In this document: positions 14,379 through 25,138 of the stretch, one piece after another
Numbering within the stretch: the first letter of the stretch is position 1
Layout of the letters: the number at the start of each line of letters is the position of its first letter
Assembly (NCBI GenBank): GCA_951406725.2
Contig: OX597839.1
Coordinates: 30,814,001-30,878,000 of the forward strand
Length of the DNA stretch: 64,000 bases
Direction of reading: 5' to 3'
Origin: Octopus vulgaris
Taxonomy: Eukaryota
Notes under the pieces: model-generated
What the model was told of the DNA's origin: nothing
Seen by the model: only the letters and a program-made list of their open reading frames with translations
Database searches by the model: none
Program-made: the position numbers and the translations under genes

Positions 14379-14486
14379 ATTTGAGCGTGTGTAAAGATAT
14401 GCTTTTGTGTCAGGAGCCAATCATACATCACGTGAACGATTATACGGGTGAATCTATGAATCTGTGTGTGTGTGTGTGTGTGTGTG

Positions 14487-14640
14487 TGGCTGTGGCTGAG
14501 AAGTTTGTATCCCAACCACATGGTTCTGAGTTCAACTCCACTAAATGGCACCTTTGGCAAGTGTCTTCTATTATAGTCCTGGGACAACCAAAGCCTGGTG
14601 GGGGATATGGCAGACGGAAACTGAAAGAAGCCCGTCGTAT
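14487..14640 (+). mobile_element. Family A SINE, 5' half
   Basis: ggctgtggctgagaagtttgtatcccaaccacatggttctgagttc…gacggaaactgaaagaagcccgtcg. Confidence 0.75.
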
Positions 14641-14963
14641 AACACACACACATTTACACTCATATACACATAAACATGTGTGTAGATGTGTATAAACCAG
14701 TTTTCCTGTATTTCAAGCTTTAATTAATCGTTCAAATAAATTACATGGGAAAATCTTTTATTCATCAAAATCCCTCCCATCATGTTCTGTTGTCATCGTT
14801 GTATCGCAAGTTCAATTCCAGGCTTATCCTGTCTGGCTGGTTAAGCGGCAAAACATTTCGCTGGCCTCATCTTCCAGAGCAGATCTCTTTCATCTTGGTT
14901 TGTCTTCATTTGAATATTTCTAAACCAAGATTTATACTGAAACCTATTACATTATTTACATTA

Positions 14964-15378
14964 TTTACATTCGACGGATATTTGTCCTCATCTTGTATGT
15001 TGTTAGCACAAAGTTTCGGCTGATATACCCTCCAGCCTTCATCAGGTGTCTTGGGGAAATGTCCAACCTGGGTTCTTATTCCTAAGGCATTTTTCGATAT
15101 TATTATTATTCAGGTCACTGCCTGGAATCGAACTCGGGCATATGGCATAGTGGTTAAGAGCGCGGGCTACTAACACCAAGATTCCGAGTTCGATTCCAGG
15201 CAGTGACATGAATAATAATAATATCGAAAAATACCTTAGGAATAAGAACCCAGATTGGAAATTTCCCCAAGACACCTGATGAAGGCTGGAGGGTATATCA
15301 GCCGAAACGTTGTGCTAACAACATACAAGATGAGGACAAATATCCGTCGAATGTAAAATAATTCCTCATCTCTTAAAC
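14964..15378. mobile_element. Short non-autonomous element: tRNA-like head plus hammerhead tail, preceded by an inverted copy (174-bp arms 14964-15137 / 15184-15357)
   Basis: Arms are near-perfect reverse complements. The loop holds the A-box TGGCATAGTGG (15143-53); B-box GTTCGATTCC at 15188-97. Confidence 0.85.
15271..15316 (+). ncRNA. Minimal type-I hammerhead ribozyme
   Basis: gacac-CTGATGA-a-ggctg(gagggtatat)cagcc-GAAA-cgtt-gtg: conserved core, 5-bp stem II, palindromic ACGU stem III as in dimeric PLE hammerheads, GUU triplet. The mirror copy at 15005-15050 (-) has a mutated stem III. Confidence 0.75.
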
Positions 15379-15774
15379 TGTGTTAAACTTATTTTAGTAA
15401 AATATTCTATTCACAACAAAATAACAAACAAATAACAATTCATTGGATACTTTCTATCCTTTAAGGTGGTTATTTTAACCTCTATTTAAATATGTGTGTG
15501 TGCGTCTTTGTATCTATGTTTATCCCCTACAAACGCTTGACAACCGGTATTCGTTTGTTTATGTCTATAAATTAGCGGTTCGGCAAAGGGGGGGGGATAG
15601 AATAAGTACCACGCTTTAAAAAGAAAATAAGTACTAGGGTCGATTCATTCGATCAAAAAATTCTTCAAGGCGGTGCCCCAGCATGGCCGCAGTCTAATGA
15701 CTGAAACTAGTAAAAGATTATGTGCCCCAGCATGGCCGCGGCTTTCGGGCTGAAACATTTTTAAGGATTTAAGG

Positions 15775-15826
<52 letters not shown>

Positions 15827-16699
15827 GTGTGTGTGTATATGGAAGTGTATATATATAAATATATATGTATGGGTGTGTGTATTTATTTATCGCACACGTA
15901 CACACACGCACGTTAATATATTTCTGCATATCCACATCCATCAAGCAATTTAATAAAACGTATCTAATTTATATTAATAAACTATATTGTATTTAATATC
16001 TCTATTCATAGACAATAAAATATTTCATTTATGCCTAATAAAAATTCAATCTATTTATACCGAATGCAATAGAAATCTCTCCTTTCACTATTCAACCGCC
16101 CACTCTCGACTCTTTATTAATTTTCTCGCCATCAAACTGCCATTTGTTTTTAGTTACCTTACACTATTCTAACCATGCCATTGTTGTCGTTGCTAATTCG
16201 CTATTTTCCTCATTGTTCTTCCTCCAACTCAATTCTTCACCGCTGCCCTACACACACACACACACACACTTTGATATTGTTCTTTAGTCCCATGCGTGTA
16301 CATATACATGTTTGCACGTGTAAACACACACACACACACACACGTACATTTCAGCATTCCTCGACCGTTCAATTCGGACACGTTTCTTTCTTTTTCACTC
16401 TCCTCTTCTATCCTTTCCGGAGAAGTGCTTATGCTCGAAACCTTAAACACTTCATCCATTTTTCCTAAGCGTCGACCTAAAACACTCCGTTTCTTGTTCT
16501 TTTACCTCATCTTTTTTTTGGGGGGGAGGGGGTAAACCATATCATCATTAAAATAATGGCCGGGTTGCAGCAACAAAGCCCACCCACCACACGGTCCACC
16601 ATCACTGCCTCCAGGTCCTAAATAAATTCCAGGCCAGTCTCTTACGATGAAGATGTCAATGTGTGTGTGTGATGATGTTTTCTTCTTCTTACATCACCA

Positions 16700-17220
16700 T
16701 GATGTGCGTTCCACTAGAGTAATTTTGGTGTTTCCAATCCAGGGTGGCCCACACACTGGCCAGAGAGCCGCAGTCGTCTTTACCTGATCTTCTCGTTAAC
16801 CTTTCGGCAGGTTTCCATAAAGGGATTCATTAGTCATATGTCGCTGCCGTTTCATATATTAAGGCCATTCGTAGCATCCTTGTGTAGCACCTATTCAGCC
16901 CGTTTTTTTAATTTCTTAATCAGCGTCCCCGTTTCACTCTGATGTGACAGTTGCAATGAACAACTTGACTTTGGTTTCCCTGGACAATTTGGAGTTCCAG
17001 ACCTTCTTTAGTTTGTGACAGGCTGTCTAATGCTTGTGCCTTCCTGGTCTTGATATCTACTTCCGAAATGTTCACCCAACCACCTAAGTACTTGAAGTCT
17101 TCAGTAACATTCAATTTGGAAACCGCTCAAAGCAAACAGTACAACATCACTTGATTGGTTGGAAGACATCTATTTCGTTCTCTTAACATTTGTGTGAAGT
17201 TCTATTTTAGCAGCTCATAT
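16700..17220 (-). mobile_element. Degenerate RTE-like LINE reverse transcriptase C-terminal fragment
   Basis: VTEDFKYLGGWVNISEVDIKTRKAQA (FKYLG motif) and downstream YTRMLRMALNI..HMTN. Confidence 0.7.
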
Positions 17221-17233
17221 TTCTACTATGGAT

Positions 17234-17270
<37 letters not shown>

Positions 17271-17417
17271 TAGATAGATATATATCGTTCGACGTAGCTC
17301 ACCATATACTATACACTTTTGAAAATCTAATGTGAAACTGGCAAAGTGTATTCCTATATTTGAAAACATAATTAAATTCTAATTAATTCTAATATATTCT
17401 CAGCACATTTTTCAACT

Positions 17418-17461
<44 letters not shown>

Positions 17462-17547
17462 AGTACATACATGTATGTGTATATATACATATACATATGT
17501 ATGTATGTATATATATATATATTTATTTATTTTTATTCTTTCGTCAG

Positions 17548-17886
17548 ATATAGATTTATCGGATGTCGACTCGGAACCGGGTTTCCACGTGAAACGGAAA
17601 CAACGACGAAGCCGGACCACCTTTACTGCTGACCAGCTGGAAGAACTGGAGAAAGCCTTCGAACGGACACACTACCCTGATATTTATACCCGCGAGGAAC
17701 TGGCCCAGAGAACCAAATTGACCGAGGCACGAGTCCAGGTTTGGTTCAGCAATCGCAGAGCACGATGGCGCAAGCAAGTAGGCAATAATCAACTAAGTAC
17801 CCTGAATGGCTTAATTCCACCCCAAACTGTACCTGGTTCTCATTACGTCCTACCAGATTCAAGTTATACGTTGTCAACAGCTCAAG
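17548..17886 (+). CDS. Pax3/7: Pax3/7-type homeobox gene, homeodomain-containing exon (internal, phase 1 to phase 1)
   Basis: Translates [78 protein letters not shown]... The homeodomain (17601-17780) has Ser50 (WFSNRR) and the Pax3/7-specific [15 protein letters not shown], and is preceded by the conserved 'SDVDSEP..KRK' linker. Acceptor ttctttcgtcag (AG 17546-47), donor AAG/gtaagt at 17887. Confidence 0.96.
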
Positions 17887-18514
17887 GTAAGTGAAGTATA
17901 TGCTTCGGTATGATGATAATAAAAACATAAATGTTGGTTGGTTGATGTCTTCAGTCATGCTTTACACCGTGTGGAGAGAGAGAGAGAGAGAGGTGTAGGA
18001 TGAGTGCTCATTCTAGGCTTGGTGGCAGACTCTGTGTAAAAAAACGCTACAAACGCATACACAAAGAGAAAGAGTAATAGAAATGAGAAATATGAAGCTG
18101 TTCGAATCTGCCGGAATGCATTAAAAATGAACGTCAGGTATTTGTTTTATCAATTTTATTTTAAAGTAATAAATATATATATTTCTTTTTTGAAAACACA
18201 TTTTTTATAAACACCAAAAACAGTTGATAGCATTTATGCCATGTTTTCTGATATTCTTCCGGGTGGCAAGACTGGATTTCCGAAGCGTCGTCGTGTGACG
18301 CATTACACTCAAGTCTCTGTTATTGCTGTTGTTTTACTTCTCAGAACGTTCGGTCTTGTTTGTTCTGGTAGATTCTGTGAGGGCGGACGGCAGGGGTCTG
18401 GCTGGGTCCCTTTTCGCATGTTAGAAGTTTTCATACACGTGACATTCAACACCCAAATACTAACCTCAAAATCTTTGTTGTCCCCAGCACAGCAGTTTTG
18501 GGGGTCTTGCTCTA

Positions 18515-19818
18515 CATACATACAAACACGCACATACATACATATTACACACGCACACACATACACACGCATATAGATACACACATACACGTATATACAC
18601 ACGCACGCACACATATACATACATACACACGCACCGACACATATACATACACACAAGCACATATATACATACACACGCACACACATTTATATATACATAC
18701 ACAAACACATACATAACATATACACGCATATACATACATACATATACACGCACACATACACATATACATGCATACACACGAACACATACATACATATATA
18801 CACACACACAAACACGCACACATACATACAAACAGATCCATACACACAGACGCGCATATTATCTACATATACATACACACACACACATATATATACATGC
18901 ACACATATACACACAGAGACACATATCCATACATGCAAACACAGACATACATGTACACATATAAAAAACATACATACAAACACACAGACACACATACATA
19001 CACACACATACATACACACGCACATACGTATACACAAACACATGCATATATACACACACATGCATATATATATGTACAACTACATACACATATGTACAGA
19101 CATATACACAATCACATATTATACACGCACATATATACGTACACACATACGTATACACACACATACGCATTCACACACATATACATATATACACACACAC
19201 ACACATATACACACATACATTCACACAATCGCATTCACACTCTCAGACATACATACATACACACACATCCATACATACACTCACATATACATCTATATAC
19301 ATACACCCACATATACACACATACATACACACACAAAAATACATACCAACAGATGCATCCATACACACACAGATACACACATACATACATACATACACAG
19401 ACACACAGACATGCATACATACATACATACAAATACAGATACACACATATACACACACATACAAATACAGACACATATACATACACACATGCATATATAT
19501 ACACACATTCATACATATGCATATACATCTATATATATACACAAACATATGCACACATACATACACACATATATAGATACATATATCCATACATACATAG
19601 ACACATATGCACACACAGACACATTTACACACACACATATACATAGATATATACACACCTACATATGCATACACATATGTACACAAATGCATACACACAT
19701 ATAAACAATCACATATACACACACATATGCATTCACACATATATATACACACATACATTCACACTCTCAGACATACATACACACACATATACGTACACAT
19801 ACATACATATACACACAC
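18515..19818 (+). repeat. ~1.3 kb degenerate (CA/TA)-rich microsatellite field
   Basis: Continuous acacatacatacac-type sequence; source of many spurious ORFs. Confidence 0.95.
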
Positions 19819-19819
19819 G

Positions 19820-19975
19820 GCATTTCGTCCATCTTTATGTTGTGAGTTCAAATTCCGCCGAGGTCAACTTTGCCTTTCATCCTTTCGGAGTCGATTAAAC
19901 AAGTACCAGTTACGCACTGGGGTCGATGTAATCGACTTAATCCCTTTGTCTGTCCTTGTTTGTCTCCTTGGGTAA
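19820..19975 (+). mobile_element. Family B SINE
   Basis: gagttcaaattccgccgaggtcaactttgcctttcatcctttcgg…gtaccagttacgcactggggtcgatg. Confidence 0.8.
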
Positions 19976-20103
19976 TAAACAAAAATGTGTGTATGTATGC
20001 ATGTCTATATCTCTATGTATGAATATATGTATCTATATACTTGTATGTATATATATGTGTATGTATGTATATGTACTTATGTACATATATGTACGTATGT
20101 ATA

Positions 20104-20136
<33 letters not shown>

Positions 20137-20254
20137 CTGTATATGTATGTATATTTCATTATGTAAATACATTGTGTGAGAGAATATTATACACTGAATT
20201 TTCGTGCTGTTTGTGTCAAAAATATTCATACTTTAAAGTCTTTCGACCTTTAAT

Positions 20255-20698
20255 ACGAGCCATTGTTTATTCTGTACTTTCATTAAATGTTAAGGGTTTA
20301 GCAAAAAAGTTTTTAAATAGTTAAGAAAGGCTTTCCTAGTAATCACAAATAATACCACCACATATTTAACAGATCATTAATTAAAATATCCTCGTCTACA
20401 ACACCAAACATAGGATCTATTATTGCCAGTTCTAATAGAAGAAAGATTAACAAGTTTTAGTTAATAACAGCAATAACAATCCTAATAATGAATTCAACAA
20501 TAGCAGTAATAAGACTGGAGATAATTAATGCTGAAGACACGGAGGAGCGAGGCTGATCGATGGCAACGGAATTCTAAGAAACCATAGATTTCACAATATA
20601 CAAATAGCACAAACTAATAGCAATAATAATAATAATAATTCACAAATATATTTGACTCCAAGATAAATAAGACTACAACGATAACATTAAGCGCCATA

Positions 20699-20769
<71 letters not shown>

Positions 20770-23430
20770 TAGATGAAAGAATCTTACTCTCACCCTGGTC
20801 TGTCTTGAACCCAGTACCAGATTATTCAGGATGTCCTATCACACTTTATCCATCTGCACCCTTACTCACCCCCCCCCCCATTAATTTAAGATAATTAAAT
20901 CCGCCACAGCATCAACTCAATAATAAAAATAGGTTTAAATATCTCATCTTTTCACTGCTTTACAAGGTGAGGTCTGGTGGCTTAGTGGGTAAATATCTCT
21001 ATAATCAAAAATATTTTAATTACTTTGTCAATTTATTTATAATTATTTCCTTATTTTGATATCTCTAAATGGTAAATAATAGACGCTAATGTCAATCTTT
21101 GTTGCATCTTTTATAATATTTCAAAGTTTTAGAGAATTTGTGTCTACATGTTGACAAATTATTAAGTTCTTTTGACTAAACAGTAGAATATAGAGGGACT
21201 CCTTTGTACAGAGACGGCAACTATTAGACTTATGTGTGTAAGGTGTAGCAGAATCTGTTATTGACCAATCTAATCTACAGGTAACTTGATTTTGGTTCAA
21301 TTTGTTTATACAGGTAGCTAACGAAGTAGTATTACTAGTGATGTAAGGCTCAAAGTAATGCAGGTGTGCTGGAAAGCTTTGCTTAAAATTAACAGAACTC
21401 CCTGTGTATACCATATTACTTAAATTATATAGATGTATACATATATATACACGTGTGTGTGTGTGTGTGTGTTCCAACTCCTGTTTGTCGACCAGCATTG
21501 GTGTGTTTGCATCTGCATAATGTAGTGGTTTGGAAAAAGAGACTGATGGAATAAGAACCAGGCTTTAAAAAGAAGTGTAGGTGCCCCAGCATGGCCACAG
21601 TCTGATGACAGATAAAGATAAAATATATAACTTATCATGATTTCAAAAAAAGGGATTGAAACCCTCATGCTAAATACTAAGTTATACCTTACCACTAAGC
21701 CACCCAAGCAACTCTTATTTCTAGCCTAAAAATAAAAGTATTTAAATCTATTTTTTTAATGATTGGACACAATTATAGATTTAAGTATCTCATCTGTGAC
21801 AGCAATTATTGGGGGGACCCGGTAGACTCGTGGGTAAAGGTGTGAGCAGTGCAAAGGGGGATGACAGCAACCTTGTCCTGGGGGGATCAAATCAGGGTGT
21901 AGGAGAGATTCTTTTATATTTTTTGTTTGTTTCAAGGATGCTAAAAAAAAAAAATATATAGTTGCAGACAGAGATTGAAACCTCTATCTCTACACAGGAT
22001 TAGTAATTAAATTACCAACCCTTTTACCCACTAAGCCACCAAACCTCACCTTGTGAAACAGTGAAAAAATGAGATATTTAAATCTATTTTTTTAATGATT
22101 GGACACAATTATAGATTTAAGTATCTCATCTTTGACAGCAATTATTGGGGGGACCCGGTAGACTCGTGGGTAAAGGTGTGAGCAGTGCGAAGGGGGATGT
22201 TGGCAACCTTGTCCTGGGGGGATCAAATCAGGGTGTAGGAGAGATTCTTTTATTTTTTTTTTTTGTTTCAAGGATGCTAAAAAAAATATAAAAGAATCTC
22301 TCCTACACCCTGATTTGATCCCCCCAGGACAAGGTTGCCAACATCGCACTACTCACCTATGTACACCTTTACCCACGAGTCTACCGGGTCCCCCCAATAA
22401 TTGCTGTCAAAGATGAGATACTTAAATCTATAATTGTGTCCAATCATTAAAAAAATAGATTTAAATATCTCATTTTTTCACTGTTTCACAAGGTGAGGTC
22501 TGGTGGCTTAGTGGGTAAAAGGGTTGGTAATTTAATTACTAATCCTGTGTAGAGATAGAGGTTTCAATCTCTGTCTGCAACTATATTTTTTTTTTTTTAG
22601 CATCCTTGAAACAAACAAAAAATATAAAAGAATCTCTCCTACACCCTGATTTGATCCCCCAGGACAAGGTTGCTGTCATCCCCCTTTGCACTGCTCACAC
22701 CTTTACCCACGAGTCTACCAGGTCCCCCAATAATTGCTGTCACAGATGAGATACTTAAATCTATAATTGTGTCCAATCATTAAAAAAATAGATTTAAATA
22801 CTTTTATTTTTAGGCTAGAAATAAGAGTTGCTTGGGTGGCTTAGTGGTAAGGTATAACTTAGTATTTAGCATGAGGGTTTCAATCCCTTTTTTGAAATCA
22901 TGATAAGTTATATATTTTATCTTTATCTGTCATCAGACTGTGGCCATGCTGGGGCACCTACACTTCTTTTTAAAGCCTGGTTCTTATTCCATCAGTCTCT
23001 TTTTCCAAACCACTACATTATGCAGATGCAAACACACCAATGCTGGTCGACAAACAGGAGTTGGAACACACACACACACGTGTATATATATATATATGTA
23101 TGTATATATACATATATATATAGTTTAAGTAATATGGTATACACAGGGAGTTCTGTTAATTTTAAGCAAAGCTTTCCAGCACACCTGCATTACTTTGAGC
23201 CTTACATCACTAGTAAGACTACTTCGTTAGCTACCTGTATAAACAAATTGAACCAAAATCAAGTTACCTGTAGATTAGATTGGTCAATAACAGATTCTGC
23301 TACACCTTACACACATAAGTCTAATAGTTGCCGTCTCTGTACAAAGGAGTCCCTCTATATTCTACTGTTTAGTCAAAAGAACTTAATAATTTGTCAACAT
23401 GTAGACACAAATTCTCTAAAACTTTGAAAT
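20255..23430 (+). mobile_element. Dead Penelope-like retroelement (RT-EN linker at ~20255-20460, GIY-YIG at ~23130-23427), disrupted by an inverted duplication
   Basis: SLNVKGLAKKFLN..KGFPSNHK..HIFNRSLIKISSSTTPNIGSIIASSNRRK matches the PLE linker (PFS..K..FL..HFP..H..KIFNR..IKISYS..PN). YTGSSVNFKQSF..TSLATCINKL..LDWSI..ATPY....CRLCTKESLYIL matches the PLE GIY-YIG C-terminus. Confidence 0.75.
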
Positions 23431-23559
23431 ATTATAAAAGATGCAACAAAGATTGACATTAGCGTCTATTATTTACCATTTAGAGATATCAAAATAAGGA
23501 AATAATTATAAATAAATCGATAAAGTAATTAAAATATTTTTGATTATAGAGATATTTAC
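20989..23559. repeat. ~2.57 kb inverted repeat (arms ~1.26 kb, A/T-rich spacer ~22253-22288)
   Basis: Mirror ORFs 21121-21498(-) and 22900-23427(+); ends gtaaatatctctataatc / gattatagagatatttac. Confidence 0.95.
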
Positions 23560-23825
23560 ACGACATATACTATACGTTAAACAATTGATGAATTGGTTTT
23601 CTTAGAATTTGAACCTGTACACATCTATCCTACAATAAATACACCTTTACAGTTGTAATTAAAGAAAGAAAAAAAATTTAAATGGTATCTTCCAGTTATA
23701 CAATAAAAAATATAACAGCAATATTTTGATCACCAAAATCTTTTTTGCCCATCTCAAACATGGAATGCAGGATAAGGTATGGCTTACACAAAATTCTCAG
23801 GGATTACCAACATGAACTTACCAAC

Positions 23826-23874
<49 letters not shown>

Positions 23875-24050
23875 ATAAATATTAGGGAATAAATCCAAAT
23901 TTACAGGGAAAAAAATCAGATTTAGGATTAAATCCAATTTTATAGTAAAATATAATAAAATATTATTAGAGACAAAACCACTATTTTGTAAAACAAACAA
24001 GGAAAGACTTAATCAATACATAAAATTTTAATAAATAGTCAAAAAAACCG

Positions 24051-24093
24051 CCACTACAATCGTTTCTTGTCTTGATCGACAATCTTCAGGTGG
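24051..24093 (-). ncRNA. Mirror copy of the same hammerhead ribozyme
   Basis: ccactacaatcgtttcttgtcttgatcgacaatcttcaggtgg is the exact reverse complement of 25096-25138. Confidence 0.72.
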
Positions 24094-24194
24094 ACTTCAA
24101 TCTTTTTGCTACAAAGAACTGACCATCAGACATAACAGCAACACTTGAGGGTTGACAGAAATGCTGTTTATCATTACCAGGACGGAAGCGTTCT

Positions 24195-24239
<45 letters not shown>

Positions 24240-24284
24240 CGAATCTATCTGTATATATATGACTGCGTATATATTTCGAGTCTC

Positions 24285-24323
<39 letters not shown>

Positions 24324-24871
24324 ATGGCGCTGCCCCAGCATGGCCACAGCTCGTGAGCTGAAACGATGTTAAATGGGAAGGTAGCCAAAGATCACTTCAC
24401 ACGTATCTTCATTATCATCATCATGGTGGAGACATCTCTAAAAGAATAATCTCCCGCTGTCTAGAATATTCGTGTCGCCCACAACACAGAGATAAAAAAT
24501 GAATATATAGTCAACCCAGCCAAAATATTAATACGATTATCATTAGTCCCCGAACTTAGGAGGCCTGCAGATTGCTTTTGCGGTTAGTTATACATCTGTA
24601 TGTATAACTAACCGCAAAAGCAATCTGCAGGCCTCCTAAGTTCGGGGACTAATGATAATCGTATTAATATTTTGGCTGGGTTGACTATATATTCATTTTT
24701 TATCTCTGTGTTGTGGGCGACACGAATATTCTAGACAGCGGGAGATTATTCTTTTAGAGATGTCTCCACCATGATGATGATAATGAAGATACGTGTGAAG
24801 TGATCTTTGGCTACCTTCCCATTTAACATCGTTTCAGCTCACGAGCTGTGGCCATGCTGGGGCAGCGCCAT

Positions 24872-24916
<45 letters not shown>

Positions 24917-24961
24917 GAGACTCGAAATATATACGCAGTCATATATATACAGATAGATTCG

Positions 24962-24994
<33 letters not shown>

Positions 24995-25095
24995 AGAACG
25001 CTTCCGTCCTGGTAATGATAAACAGCATTTCTGTCAACCCTCAAGTGTTGCTGTTATGTCTGATGGTCAGTTCTTTGTAGCAAAAAGATTGAAGT

Positions 25096-25138
25096 CCACC
25101 TGAAGATTGTCGATCAAGACAAGAAACGATTGTAGTGG
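25096..25138 (+). ncRNA. Minimal type-I hammerhead ribozyme
   Basis: ccac-CTGAAGA-ttgtc(gatcaa)gacaa-GAAA-cgattg-TA-gtgg: stem I ccac/gtgg, stem II 5 bp, near-palindromic stem III ACGAUUGU, GUA triplet. Confidence 0.75.

Noticed and set aside
15136-15205. Functional tRNA gene
   Set aside because: A and B boxes are present but the acceptor and anticodon stems do not pair properly; treated as a SINE head. The same applies to the tRNA-like heads at 1336 and ~13750.
1-17547. Paired-box and octapeptide exons of Pax3/7
   Set aside because: No paired-domain or HSIDGILG-like peptide recognised; probably upstream of the window, although a short exon could have been missed.
18466-20324. Many overlapping HTYI/VCMY ORFs (also at 3364-3732, 25594-26019, 62515-63030 and elsewhere)
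   Set aside because: Translations of CA/TA microsatellites.
22900-23427. 175-aa ORF as a host gene
   Set aside because: Chimera of SINE, microsatellite and a decayed PLE GIY-YIG; duplicated in inverted form.
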